Shown here: piece by piece, positions 1-9,579 of the stretch
How positions within the stretch are numbered: position 1 is the stretch's first letter
Layout of the letters: the number at the start of each line of letters is the position of its first letter
DNA from: an uncultured virus (IMG/VR IMGVR_UViG_3300042385_000739)
Lineage: Duplodnaviria > Heunggongvirae > Uroviricota > Caudoviricetes
DNA: 64,000 nucleotides
IMG/VR virus record: IMGVR_UViG_3300042385_000739
Span: 1 to 64,000 of that record
Strand: one strand, 5' to 3'
The notes under the pieces: generated by a model
Told to the model about the DNA's origin: nothing
The model's database searches: none
What the model saw: the letters and a program-made list of their open reading frames with translations, nothing else
Program-made: the position numbers and the translations under genes

Positions 1-84
1 CCCAACGTGCGTGTCCTCCTTATCAAAAGTTCCCACATTTCGTGGGTTTTCGTAGTGGTCAACTACTTTATCTGAATATGCCAT
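1..84 (-). CDS. iscU: Fe-S cluster assembly scaffold IscU, N-terminal 28 codons (runs off the window)
   Basis: Hand translation from ATG at 84 gives MAYSDKVVDHYENPRNVGTFDKEDTHVG, matching the IscU N-terminus (MAYSxKVxDHYENPRNVG). GGAGA RBS upstream. Not in the ORF track. Confidence 0.9.
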   Translation of the reverse strand, partial: MAYSDKVVDHYENPRNVGTFDKEDTHVG

Positions 85-673
85 TATAGTTCTCCAATAT
101 ACTATTAACTATTTCCTCAGATTGAAACGTGTCCCATTTCTTTCTGTTTTCTTCACCTGTTATAAATCTTAAATTACATAGATGTCCTATAATCATAGGA
201 TCAATTTTAAGTTCATATCCCTGTTTAAAAGGTATGATATGATCCAATTGAATATCTGTTTTCCTTTTGCCAGTAACTGGCATTAGATTTTGCTCTCTAA
301 GTCTATATAGAGTCCGGCGTGTTGCTTTATTACATTCTCTCTTGTATTTAACTAACTCATCATTTATTTGTTTTTTAGGTCGTTGAACGTTTAATTTTCC
401 TTCCCAATTTGGATTTGATGAACCAGTCCATTTTTCTTTTTGTCTTGGATTATCTTTCCCCTTGTTCCATCCATGACCCTTTTTAAGACCTTCTGTGTTT
501 AATTTAGACTTTTGGTCAGGTGTCATTTTTATACCCTTGTTCCAAGGTATATTGCCTACTCGATTTATCGGGTTTTTGCAAGGAGTTGAACAAAACTCTA
601 AAAATCTAGGTTTAGTTATAAACCCAATTCCACAATGCGAGCAACATATTAATAAGCCATATTTATTTTTCAT
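68..673 (-). CDS. Free-standing HNH-type homing endonuclease with Zn-ribbon and NUMOD3-like motifs
   Basis: N-terminal CxxC...CxxxC; PWNKG/GWNKG motifs; C-terminal LDHIIP...NLRFITGEENRKK. The 3' end overlaps the iscU start by 17 nt. Confidence 0.75.
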   Translation of the reverse strand: MKNKYGLLICCSHCGIGFITKPRFLEFCSTPCKNPINRVGNIPWNKGIKMTPDQKSKLNTEGLKKGHGWNKGKDNPRQKEKWTGSSNPNWEGKLNVQRPKKQINDELVKYKRECNKATRRTLYRLREQNLMPVTGKRKTDIQLDHIIPFKQGYELKIDPMIIGHLCNLRFITGEENRKKWDTFQSEEIVNSILENYNGIFR

Positions 674-678
674 ATAAC

Positions 679-686
679 TATTTATC
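679..686 (-). promoter_or_regulatory. T4-like late promoter (GATAAATA)
   Basis: TAAATA core lies 5 nt before the HNH ATG; no SD sequence is present. Confidence 0.5.
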
Positions 687-711
687 TAGGTGCGCCCGTT
701 TGTGAGGATTA

Positions 712-828
712 TCAATCCTTTTTGAACATAGTCAAAATCTTTGTTTGAATGTTCTTTGCAAACTGAGGTTGAGGGAAATTCCAACCAATAAAAGCACCTA
801 GTGCTAACCAAAATAATGTTTCTAACAT
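712..828 (-). CDS. Small membrane protein, 38 aa
   Basis: Hand translation MLETLFWLALGAFIGWNFPQPQFAKNIQTKILTMFKKD: hydrophobic N-terminus, basic tail, AAGGAG RBS at 837-842, ACTAAATA at 853-860. Confidence 0.7.
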   Translation of the reverse strand: MLETLFWLALGAFIGWNFPQPQFAKNIQTKILTMFKKD

Positions 829-855
829 GATATATACTCCTTGTATGTATTGTAT

Positions 856-1422
856 TTAGTATGCTTCAGCTTCTTCGTCTACTACTATCCAACCTAACTT
901 TAACAAATCTTCTCGTATTTCATCAGTTACACAACTTTCTGGTACAAACTTTTTACTTTGTATATATGCTTCTTGCAGTTCCTTAGTAAGGGCACGAAAT
1001 TCATCATCATCTAGTATCTTGGCATCCCTGATACCACTGCAGTACCAGTCAATGTAATCACCCTTGCCTTGCATATCAGCAATAATACCGCCGGCGTGTC
1101 TCCAACTACAACTCCAACGTTTCTCAGTTAGTATGGGCCACACATCATTTTTAATAAAATCATTGTTACACATTGAGGCATACAAATGTTGTGCATAAAC
1201 ATCGTCTAATTTAGCTTTGTCTACGATCCATTGAGTACTACGAAGGTCATACTCCATGTTGTCTTTTTGCCAGTCGGGATCTACGATATTAGCTTCATCT
1301 TGTTCTTGCCAAGTTTTATACATTTGAATATAGTCGGGATTAGGCTCTTCACCTTTTTCTTCACAACGTTTAATATAACCTTCTTTTTGAAAAGTATTTC
1401 TATCTGGACTACTACTTATCAT
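856..1422 (-). CDS. Hypothetical phage protein
   Basis: 188-aa ORF in the co-oriented gene run with a WSCSWRHAGGIIA...YIDWYCSG motif; no function recognised. Confidence 0.7.
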   Translation of the reverse strand: MISSSPDRNTFQKEGYIKRCEEKGEEPNPDYIQMYKTWQEQDEANIVDPDWQKDNMEYDLRSTQWIVDKAKLDDVYAQHLYASMCNNDFIKNDVWPILTEKRWSCSWRHAGGIIADMQGKGDYIDWYCSGIRDAKILDDDEFRALTKELQEAYIQSKKFVPESCVTDEIREDLLKLGWIVVDEEAEAY

Positions 1423-1888
1423 CTTCTACCTCTATCCAAGTGTGGTCACCTAACCATTTAACTTTGCAAATATATTCATAGTCAATCGGCTTACCAGCAG
1501 ACCAATCATTAGGTCCATGAATACTTAATCTTGTAAACTGTTTACGTATATCAAAGAGTAACCAATATATGTTACCATTTGATAATTGAAAATCATATTT
1601 AGCGGCGTGAACCATATCAGTCAAATCAAGTCTATGTTTAATCTGTTCAGCTTGCTTTTGTAATACTTCAACCAGTTCCATGATTCTATCATACTCTTGT
1701 TTGGCATGTAAACGTGCTACATTAAGCATAATGTCTTTATGTTTTTCTACTGGTACTAAATCAAATTTAGGTCCTGAACTTTCAGTAGCATATGGTGTTA
1801 CGTTGCGATTAAAGAAATGTATCAACGATCCGGAACTAGTAGAATCATAACTACTGACACCGTTAGCTGAATTTGGTTTTTCAATCAT
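1412..1888 (-). CDS. Hypothetical protein (DUF2452-like)
   Basis: 158 aa with a coiled-coil segment followed by A-K-Y-x-F, G-x-I-Y-W-L, P-x-D-W and D-H-T-W patterns, recalled as DUF2452-like. Confidence 0.55.
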   Translation of the reverse strand: MIEKPNSANGVSSYDSTSSGSLIHFFNRNVTPYATESSGPKFDLVPVEKHKDIMLNVARLHAKQEYDRIMELVEVLQKQAEQIKHRLDLTDMVHAAKYDFQLSNGNIYWLLFDIRKQFTRLSIHGPNDWSAGKPIDYEYICKVKWLGDHTWIEVEDDK

Positions 1889-1894
1889 TGTATA

Positions 1895-2512
1895 TTATAT
1901 CTTATTTTCATTAGAAGCTACAGTCTTTTGGGAATTTTTTGTCTTCTTATTTTTACTGTAAAAGATATGATTACCGATCTTAGCTACTTGCTTATATGGC
2001 CATAATGGATCCACTTGCAAGTTATGAAAAAACAATGCTGTTTTTGGCAGTACATCTATATAAGCATCATATGCTAATACTTCATATGCAACACGTTCAG
2101 CTTGTTTATATGTTGGGTTGTTTTGATTAGGTTCCCCTTTACCTTCACAAACCCAACTAAACTGACATAGTTTTACTTTTTGTATTTCATCGTCAACTAA
2201 CCTATCTATCATATTTGATTGATATATAACTGCACAAGGGTTCTTTTCAAAACCGTATGCTATTCTATTCATCACTACCCGTGCTACTGCCGCTTGCCCA
2301 ATCAACGGTTCACCACCTGCTTCATAGAATATATTTTTAGCTAAACATTTTAATTGTTTTGGATCTACTAATTTAGCAACAACTTCAACAACTTTTTCTT
2401 CTTGTTTTTCCTTAGCCAAATTTATATTAGTTGATCCTGCAGTTAATAGACCCATACACAATACTATTATAGTTAGTATTTTTTGAGGGAGGTTGAATTT
2501 CCATAAAAACAT
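1895..2512 (-). CDS. SleB-family cell wall hydrolase (Hydrolase_2) with N-terminal signal/TM segment
   Basis: CLAKNIFYEAGGE...GQAAVARVVMNR...CQFSW...IGNHIFY motifs. Start moved to ATG 2512, which follows an AAAGGA RBS. Confidence 0.88.
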   Translation of the reverse strand: MFLWKFNLPQKILTIIVLCMGLLTAGSTNINLAKEKQEEKVVEVVAKLVDPKQLKCLAKNIFYEAGGEPLIGQAAVARVVMNRIAYGFEKNPCAVIYQSNMIDRLVDDEIQKVKLCQFSWVCEGKGEPNQNNPTYKQAERVAYEVLAYDAYIDVLPKTALFFHNLQVDPLWPYKQVAKIGNHIFYSKNKKTKNSQKTVASNENKI

Positions 2513-2549
2513 AATGTTTCCTTTCTGCTTATTACTAAGCAATATGGTA

Positions 2550-4052
2550 TTAAATGTTATCCCAACAATCGCAATTACAACGAATTACTTCATCAATTGC
2601 TTCTTGTACAGGATAAGTTGCGGGTAATAATATATCAGAAGTATATATTACTGAAAGTTCAGGACTTATTAAGTTCTGATAACGTGAACCAGCAAAGCTG
2701 CCTGGTTCATTTGCTTGACCGGTATCTATTGCAACACCGTCACTATAATAAAGTTCAGTAGTTGGGTCATAATAACCATATGGATCAGGAGATCCAATGT
2801 CAGTTATTAATGTTGCCGGTGCACTACCTGCCAATGTACCGTTTGCAATTAACTCTGATTGTTGATTTTTAGTTAATGTATTATCTATGTTGTTATCTAA
2901 TGGAATACCAGCTTCTTGTAATCTAGCTTGATTACGTGCTTGACGTAACATTGCTACTATACTTCTTCCGCCGACCGTATTATAATTTGCAATAGCTTCT
3001 AATGTTTGTGAATACATATTAGGTTGAGTAAACATTGCATAATTAGGTATAGTATCAACAAATGCATATTGAGTGCCAGGATAGCTAGCTATCGTAGGTT
3101 CTCTCTCATAATCAGGAGAACTATTAGGTACACCAATTGCTAATCCTGTTGCAATTGCACGTTGTTCTATTGATAATAATGTTCCAGTGGTATTCCAATT
3201 AGTTATTAATTGTTGCGCAAGTGCAGGTTGTGCATTTCTGATACTTGCTATCTCTGCATTAGCGGCATCAATATAAGTCTGTACCGTAGTATTCATAGTA
3301 GGCCAACCACCACCGGGAGGTGCATTAATCACCACAGTGCCGGCTACGCCTGAATAACTTATAGATATAATTCTTCCAAAAGTAGTTATATTATTAGGAT
3401 CTGTACCTATTGTTGCTGTTGCTGGATTGCCACCTACTGTAACTGTTGGTGCAGATGCATATCCACCACCTTTGTTTGTATAAGTAAATGTTGTACCATT
3501 CCAAGTAGCAGTTGCTTGTTCCCAAGTTACTGCTAGATATAAATTTTTATAAATCGTATATAGATTAGTTGTTTCTAATTGCTGAATGAGAGGTGTAATG
3601 TTTATACCAAGATAGGGTAATCCACTCATACATCCTAAGAAGTTACTCATCGTATATGTATTATACGGTCCATTGCCTAACGCAATTAACGCTAATCCCT
3701 GACTTGCTAACGTTGTATCAGTAGGAACACTAGAGCCATTGACATTTAATCCCTTAGTTGTTTCTAAACTATTAACTACTTGTGCAAACTTTTCAATTGG
3801 TATACTTGATATGTTTTTAATCTGTTGCATTGATACACTAAACGAACCGGCAGCTGTAGCAATATCAGGAGGTAATATGCCATCTAAATATGCACCAAAT
3901 CCTTGTGGGATAACTTGAATGTTTGTTATGTTTGATTGTGTTGTTCCTGAATCAGGTAATACGTTGGTAGTGGATGTGCCGGTAGTTGCATATGCGCTAC
4001 TACTAGGTGCACTTATATCATCTCTTAAATTTTGATTAAAAATGCCTGCCAT
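2550..4052 (-). CDS. Hypothetical, probably virion-associated protein
   Basis: 500 aa, T/G/A/N-rich, contains GGGYASAPTVTV and a C-terminal CNCDC. TAATG-coupled to the upstream gene. Confidence 0.6.
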   Translation of the reverse strand: MAGIFNQNLRDDISAPSSSAYATTGTSTTNVLPDSGTTQSNITNIQVIPQGFGAYLDGILPPDIATAAGSFSVSMQQIKNISSIPIEKFAQVVNSLETTKGLNVNGSSVPTDTTLASQGLALIALGNGPYNTYTMSNFLGCMSGLPYLGINITPLIQQLETTNLYTIYKNLYLAVTWEQATATWNGTTFTYTNKGGGYASAPTVTVGGNPATATIGTDPNNITTFGRIISISYSGVAGTVVINAPPGGGWPTMNTTVQTYIDAANAEIASIRNAQPALAQQLITNWNTTGTLLSIEQRAIATGLAIGVPNSSPDYEREPTIASYPGTQYAFVDTIPNYAMFTQPNMYSQTLEAIANYNTVGGRSIVAMLRQARNQARLQEAGIPLDNNIDNTLTKNQQSELIANGTLAGSAPATLITDIGSPDPYGYYDPTTELYYSDGVAIDTGQANEPGSFAGSRYQNLISPELSVIYTSDILLPATYPVQEAIDEVIRCNCDCWDNI

Positions 4053-5305
4053 TACACTATTCCTTGCGCTGTAGGAGAAGTTAAATTACTATTCAGGCCA
4101 CCATTACTATATATAGGATAATATATCTTACTATTAGCAGGTCCACCTACTGTATTATACACTGGAACTGTTAATGTTGCATAGCTATTTGGGAATAATT
4201 TTATGGGATTGAGTAAATCACACAATGATTCTAACCCTATAGTCTTACAATTTAATGATACTAATATATCTTTTAAATCTTGTCCCAAAATAATACCAAA
4301 TGCTCCGTATATTTTACGTTCTTGTTCTTTGGTAACTGGTTGTATGTTACCTAATATTTCTCCCAATTCAGCTACTGTTATGCCACTTGCAATTAATGCA
4401 AGACTTACTGATTTAGTGACTGCATTATTTTGTTGTAACGTTGATAATAAATTACTAGGTAAACCAAATGTTGATATAGATTGTAAATTTATAGCTTTGC
4501 CACTAGCAATTAAATCTTGACCAAATACAGTTGTTGCTATACTTACACCGGCAATATCACCGGTAATTAAGTCATCCATATTACTATAAGTACCATCTAA
4601 AAATTCTTGTGAATTATTTACTGCTAGTATAGTACTATTACTGTATTCAATAAAACTATATGCTGTCATAAACCCAGATAGAAAATCTTTATAGGCTCCA
4701 CTATCGGCTGATATTCCGCTGTTGTAATTAAACTCGTTATAACCTTGCAATGCAAATAATCTAGTATAACCCCATCGTGTTACTTCATTAGTGTAATTGT
4801 AGTTACTTGCCCAATTAGGATAACCAGTCCAATTAAACGTTGACGGAGGACTATTACCTAATGCAGGAATACTATTAGATCCGATAGATATTAAATTATT
4901 GTATGTTGTGCTATCAACTGTATATGACGTAGTGGTAGTTGCTGTGCCTGTACCAGATCCTATACCGGATGCAGTAAATGTCACTCCCACTGTATTACTA
5001 GATGCACCAATAGCTACAAAGTTAGTAGTACCTATATATGTAATAGTATAACTGGATCCCACAGTAAAGTTTCCTGCAACAACAGTAACATTTGGTGCGC
5101 CTCTACTATAAGCATCATTAATAGCATATGTAAGTAATCGTAAACAGGTATCGTTAACAATATTACCCAAGTTGGCAGCAGATGATGTACTAGTACTAGA
5201 TCCAACAAAGTTTACCATTATGGGATTAATATTAAACCCAATATTTTGCAATAATGAGCTTAATGTATTAACACCTAATGGACTTTGTTTAGCTGAATCA
5301 CTCAT
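4052..5305 (-). CDS. Hypothetical, probably virion/baseplate-associated protein
   Basis: About 417 aa; ATG 5305 overlaps the PAAR stop (ATGA); directly follows the PAAR gene. Confidence 0.6.
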   Translation of the reverse strand: MSDSAKQSPLGVNTLSSLLQNIGFNINPIMVNFVGSSTSTSSAANLGNIVNDTCLRLLTYAINDAYSRGAPNVTVVAGNFTVGSSYTITYIGTTNFVAIGASSNTVGVTFTASGIGSGTGTATTTTSYTVDSTTYNNLISIGSNSIPALGNSPPSTFNWTGYPNWASNYNYTNEVTRWGYTRLFALQGYNEFNYNSGISADSGAYKDFLSGFMTAYSFIEYSNSTILAVNNSQEFLDGTYSNMDDLITGDIAGVSIATTVFGQDLIASGKAINLQSISTFGLPSNLLSTLQQNNAVTKSVSLALIASGITVAELGEILGNIQPVTKEQERKIYGAFGIILGQDLKDILVSLNCKTIGLESLCDLLNPIKLFPNSYATLTVPVYNTVGGPANSKIYYPIYSNGGLNSNLTSPTAQGIV

Positions 5306-5595
5306 GGACAAAATACATCAGGACTACCCTGTACGATACTATGACCGCAACTGTTTCCTGATCCTACTCTAAGTACCGGACTACCTTCGGCAAAAACTGT
5401 AGGACTACCTTCTGTAGTAGTTGCTGCCGCGTGTGGTGGATGGGGGTTGTTTCTTTTTTGTGGCCAAGGAGCGTGTGGAGTGATTTGACTAACGTGTAAT
5501 CCAACAGAAATTCCATTGGCAAACACAGTGCCGGCACCTCTAATGATAGTACCGCCAACTTGATTTGCATCACCTATACGACTTAATTGTGCCAT
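5302..5595 (-). CDS. PAAR-domain baseplate spike-tip protein (T4 gp5.4-like)
   Basis: RIGD...G...TVFANG...HxP...H...GSPTVFAEG.PVLRVG...CGH...GSPDVF pattern. Confidence 0.9.
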   Translation of the reverse strand: MAQLSRIGDANQVGGTIIRGAGTVFANGISVGLHVSQITPHAPWPQKRNNPHPPHAAATTTEGSPTVFAEGSPVLRVGSGNSCGHSIVQGSPDVFCP

Positions 5596-5596
5596 T

Positions 5597-5902
5597 TTAT
5601 CCCAATACGATTTTTTTACTAGGTACTTTAATACCAGTTGTTGCTTCTAAGTACTTGTCTTTGATGTTATCATCAGTTTCAGCATACATTGCAACACTAG
5701 TAGTATTTAGCTTAAATTCACCCTTTGGATTTGCAGTAAAAATACTTGGAATCATTTGCATACCCTGTTGTGATGGGGCAATAGATACTGGTTCTTCAAT
5801 CTGAATAAACTCTGAACCTGATTGAATTACCTTTGCAATTAATTCCTCCCCGGAATTAAGCTTAAATGTGTACACTGTATTTGGATGGATTGCTATTTGC
5901 AT
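5597..5902 (-). CDS. Hypothetical protein (possible Sm-like fold)
   Basis: TFKLNSGEELIAKV...Y...TTGI pattern typical of small T4-like phage proteins. Confidence 0.6.
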   Translation of the reverse strand: MQIAIHPNTVYTFKLNSGEELIAKVIQSGSEFIQIEEPVSIAPSQQGMQMIPSIFTANPKGEFKLNTTSVAMYAETDDNIKDKYLEATTGIKVPSKKIVLG

Positions 5903-6132
5903 TAATTACTTTCTGTTAATTTTTGTTTTAGTTCGGTGAAACCACCGATCAGTACACCATCTAAGATGATTTGAGGTACTGTTCTTGCTGATGGAATTTC
6001 TTCTAATAGTTCTTCTTTTGTATACCCGTCTCCGATTTTCTTTTCTTCAAATTGGATACCTTTTTGATTTAACAATGCCTTTGCTTGGTCGCAGTAAGGG
6101 CAGTGATATTTACTCCATACGATTGCTTTCAT
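5902..6132 (-). CDS. Glutaredoxin
   Basis: CPYC active site, TVPQI, IGGF; adjacent to nrdB. Confidence 0.95.
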   Translation of the reverse strand: MKAIVWSKYHCPYCDQAKALLNQKGIQFEEKKIGDGYTKEELLEEIPSARTVPQIILDGVLIGGFTELKQKLTESN

Positions 6133-6144
6133 TTTTTATTCTCC

Positions 6145-7245
6145 TTATATATTTGGCAAGTCATCATAGTTTAATGATTCACTCATTACACCTATAACGT
6201 AATTTGTTGATTCGGTTTCCTGCAATGCAGATTGTTTTTTACTTGTGTCACTATGTTTATTGAACCAAGGAATAGGTGTACTCTTTGGCGCAGGATTATT
6301 ATATCGTATACCGATTTCTTTCAATGCTCCTACAGCAGTATAATCTACAAAGTCTTTTAACACAGTTGCATTCAATCCAATAACTGGTCCCAGTTTAAAC
6401 AAATAGTCAGCCCAATCTTTTTCTTCTTTAATTACATCTAGGTAAAGTTGATATACTTCAGCTTCACATTCTGATTTTACTTGTGCAAATCTGCTATCTT
6501 CTTTTACTACTTGATTAATAAGGTAAGCAGTCCAGCCTTTATGTAACAATTCATCTTGGAGAATTAAACTGATAATGTTACCATTACCAATAAAGATTTT
6601 GTTCTCAACCATTGCTAGACTTGTAGCAAATGATACCATAAAGCGGAATGCTTCTAATGCGTAACTAGCGTGTAATGCCATATAGATGGCTTTGATGTGT
6701 TCTTTTTCATTTACATCTATACCTAACTCTTTACGGCAATTAACTTGATGTAACTCATCATAATAAAGTCCAACACTACTTGCCATATCTACAATTTCTT
6801 TTGTGTCGTGGATAGTGTTGAATACATCTTTAGGCACATTGTAGATATTACGAATGATGTGACTATACGAACGACTATGGATGTTAGTCTCAAAGAAGCT
6901 CCAGTTATAGATCAATGCTTCTAGTTCGGGTAATGATACAACAGGAGTAAACACTTGACTTGGTGCTCGTCCTTGCAAACTATCTAATGCTGTTTGTCGT
7001 AATAGATTACTAGTAAAGATATGCTTTACCGCATCGCTTGCATCTTTGAAATCATTGGCATCCTTGGTTAGAGAAATTTCTTCTGGAATCCAAAAGAAAC
7101 CACGTGCCGTTGTTTCAAAGTCTGCAATCTTTTTATATTTCACCTCCTCAAACCTTTGAATGGTTACGGGACCTTCCGGGTCCAAAAACATTTTTCTATT
7201 CAAATAATCTGTCTTAGTGTTTAGGTTGTATTGTTGTTTTGACAT
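6145..7245 (-). CDS. nrdB: Ribonucleotide reductase class Ia beta subunit
   Basis: FFWIPEEI, LDSLQ, ETNIHSRSY (radical Tyr), LEAFRF, DELLH, QETE...Y tail. Confidence 0.96.
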   Translation of the reverse strand: MSKQQYNLNTKTDYLNRKMFLDPEGPVTIQRFEEVKYKKIADFETTARGFFWIPEEISLTKDANDFKDASDAVKHIFTSNLLRQTALDSLQGRAPSQVFTPVVSLPELEALIYNWSFFETNIHSRSYSHIIRNIYNVPKDVFNTIHDTKEIVDMASSVGLYYDELHQVNCRKELGIDVNEKEHIKAIYMALHASYALEAFRFMVSFATSLAMVENKIFIGNGNIISLILQDELLHKGWTAYLINQVVKEDSRFAQVKSECEAEVYQLYLDVIKEEKDWADYLFKLGPVIGLNATVLKDFVDYTAVGALKEIGIRYNNPAPKSTPIPWFNKHSDTSKKQSALQETESTNYVIGVMSESLNYDDLPNI

Positions 7246-7254
7246 TGTTTTTCC

Positions 7255-9576
7255 TTAAAGCTTGCAGGACAAGCAATCTTCCTCTTCATCCATATCATTA
7301 AAGCCGCTTGGCAAATCTAATACAGTTTCATCTTGACTCTTACTACCTGCTTTGTTAATCAAGCTATAGTAGAATGTTTTTAATCCCCACATATGTGCCT
7401 GCATCAAGTTCTTAGCAATCAATGTTGTTGGGACTTTACGTTCAGGGAAATGTGCTGGATTGTAGAAAGTATTAGTTGATATACTTTGATCCACATAGGC
7501 TGCAATCACAGCCGCTGTCTTTAAGTAACCATCACAATCTTTTTGATCCCACATCAATTGATATTTGTTTTTTAACTTATGATATTCTGGAACAACTTGT
7601 ACAAAACTTCCTGCTTTACTTTCTTTTACACTAATTAAACTCATTGGCATTTCAATACCATTAGTAGAGTTAATTACTACTGAACTAGATTCTACAGGAG
7701 CTACAGCCATTTGTGTAGCATTACGGACACCATGACTACGCATCATAGCACGTAGTCCTTCCCAGTTTAATTCGGGTTCAAAGTTAGCTAATTCGTTAAC
7801 ACCTTTAGCTCTTAGTTCCCAGGGGAAGATACCTTGACCATATCTTGTTTTATCACTATGTTCACATCTACCGCGTTCCTGTGCTAGTTCTACACTTGCT
7901 TCAGTTAAGTAGAAGGATAAGTGTTCCATCCACGTCTTGACTTCAGCCAAGGAGTCTTTTTCTCCGTACTTAAGACTTCGCTTGGCGTGCCAGTAGGCAA
8001 GATTAGTAATTCCAATTCCAAGAGGTCTGATTTCATCGTTTGATAGTTTAGACTGAATGGATAGAAAGTCTTGATAGTCAAGAATGTTATTGAGGCTACG
8101 ATGCAATATGCGACAAGCACGGCGCATATCTTCTGGGTTACGGAACGCACCCCAATTGATACTGCCCAATGTGCAAAGAGCGATACGACCATCGCTGTCA
8201 TCCAAACGTTTAAAGGATTTAGTAGGTAAAAGAATTTCACAGCATAAATTACTCTGGTAAATTGTATGATATTCAGGATCAAATGGACCTTGATTCATAA
8301 CGTTATCAACGAACACTAAGTAGATACGTCCTGTATCTGTTCGTTCTTTTAATATGCCTGACTTGAATACTTCTTCAGCAGACATTGTTTTCTTTCTTAA
8401 GTCTTTACGTTTTTCATATTTTACGTATAGTTCTTCAAATAGTTCTGTGTTTTTGTAAAATGCTTCGTATAAATCAGGAACTTCATTGGGGTCAAAGAAT
8501 GTTATTTGTTCTTTGTTTTTAAATCGTCTCCAGAAGAATGCACTAAGCACAACCCCATAATCCATATGACGGACTCGGGTTTCTTCTGTTCCTTGATTGT
8601 TTTTAAGGACAATAAGATCATCAAACTGATGATGCCAAATAGGATAAAAAACAGTAGCACTTGCATTGCGGATACCTCCTTGTGAGCAACTTCTTAAATC
8701 ACCGAACCATTTCTTTAAGAACGGAATCATGCCGGTGTGCATAATTTCGCCACCGCGAATGGGTGATCCTAATGGTCGTAGTCTACCAATTTCGAGACCA
8801 ATGCCAGCACGTTTGCTAGCATATTTTGCCATCATTTCACCAGAAGCAAAAATACTATCCAAGTCATCATCACTGCGAATAAGTACACACGAACTGAATT
8901 GTTTAGTAGGGGTGCCGAGACCAGCAAGGACGGGAGTAGCCAGAGTAAATAATCCATCACTTGCGGCATTATAATATTCCTTTATATAGCGCAGCCTTGC
9001 GTTGTTAGGTTCTTCTTTATGAAATACTGTTGCGGCTGCGATCATATATCTAACTTGTGGTGTTTCATATGTTTGTTTTGTTGAACGGTTGCGGACAAGA
9101 TATTTTTCAATCAATTGTTCAATAGCGGCATAACTATATTGTTCATCCTTAGAGTGGTCAAGCAGGTCATCCATTTTGTTCCAATCTTCTTCAGTATACC
9201 ATTCTAGTAACTCCGGTGTATATAAACCAGTAGCTACATTAGTTGTTACAATATTATAAAGACTGGGAGGTGAATAATCCCCATAAACATCTTTACGTAA
9301 CATAGACAGACGTTGTTTACCTGCTACATATTGATAATTTGTATGTCCTACATCTGGATTATTTTCTACGTCAATCAAGTCAACTACAGCACGTAGAGTA
9401 ATTTCGTCAATTTGTCTGGTTGAAATCCCATCATAGAAGTGTAGTTGTGATTTTATTTCTACCATTGACGGGCTAACATCTGCTATCCCTACACATATTT
9501 TTGCCACTTGTGCTTGCCATTTTTCTAACATTAATGGCTCTTTTGTCCCATCTCGTTTGGTGACGTGTATTTTCAT
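7255..9576 (-). CDS. nrdA: Ribonucleotide reductase class Ia alpha subunit
   Basis: N-terminal ATP cone (VTKRDG), QFSSCVL, CSQGGIR, QSNLCCEI, KTFYY, C-terminal CLSC. No intron or intein evident. Confidence 0.97.
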   Translation of the reverse strand: MKIHVTKRDGTKEPLMLEKWQAQVAKICVGIADVSPSMVEIKSQLHFYDGISTRQIDEITLRAVVDLIDVENNPDVGHTNYQYVAGKQRLSMLRKDVYGDYSPPSLYNIVTTNVATGLYTPELLEWYTEEDWNKMDDLLDHSKDEQYSYAAIEQLIEKYLVRNRSTKQTYETPQVRYMIAAATVFHKEEPNNARLRYIKEYYNAASDGLFTLATPVLAGLGTPTKQFSSCVLIRSDDDLDSIFASGEMMAKYASKRAGIGLEIGRLRPLGSPIRGGEIMHTGMIPFLKKWFGDLRSCSQGGIRNASATVFYPIWHHQFDDLIVLKNNQGTEETRVRHMDYGVVLSAFFWRRFKNKEQITFFDPNEVPDLYEAFYKNTELFEELYVKYEKRKDLRKKTMSAEEVFKSGILKERTDTGRIYLVFVDNVMNQGPFDPEYHTIYQSNLCCEILLPTKSFKRLDDSDGRIALCTLGSINWGAFRNPEDMRRACRILHRSLNNILDYQDFLSIQSKLSNDEIRPLGIGITNLAYWHAKRSLKYGEKDSLAEVKTWMEHLSFYLTEASVELAQERGRCEHSDKTRYGQGIFPWELRAKGVNELANFEPELNWEGLRAMMRSHGVRNATQMAVAPVESSSVVINSTNGIEMPMSLISVKESKAGSFVQVVPEYHKLKNKYQLMWDQKDCDGYLKTAAVIAAYVDQSISTNTFYNPAHFPERKVPTTLIAKNLMQAHMWGLKTFYYSLINKAGSKSQDETVLDLPSGFNDMDEEEDCLSCKL

Positions 9577-9579
9577 TTT

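Noticed and set aside
5302..5595. PAAR as evidence of a type VI secretion or eCIS locus
   Set aside because: The context (nrdAB, late promoters, fibre genes, HNH) is that of a T4-like phage; no T6SS genes are seen.
6145..9576. Introns or inteins in nrdA/nrdB
   Set aside because: Both ORFs are continuous and of normal class Ia length.
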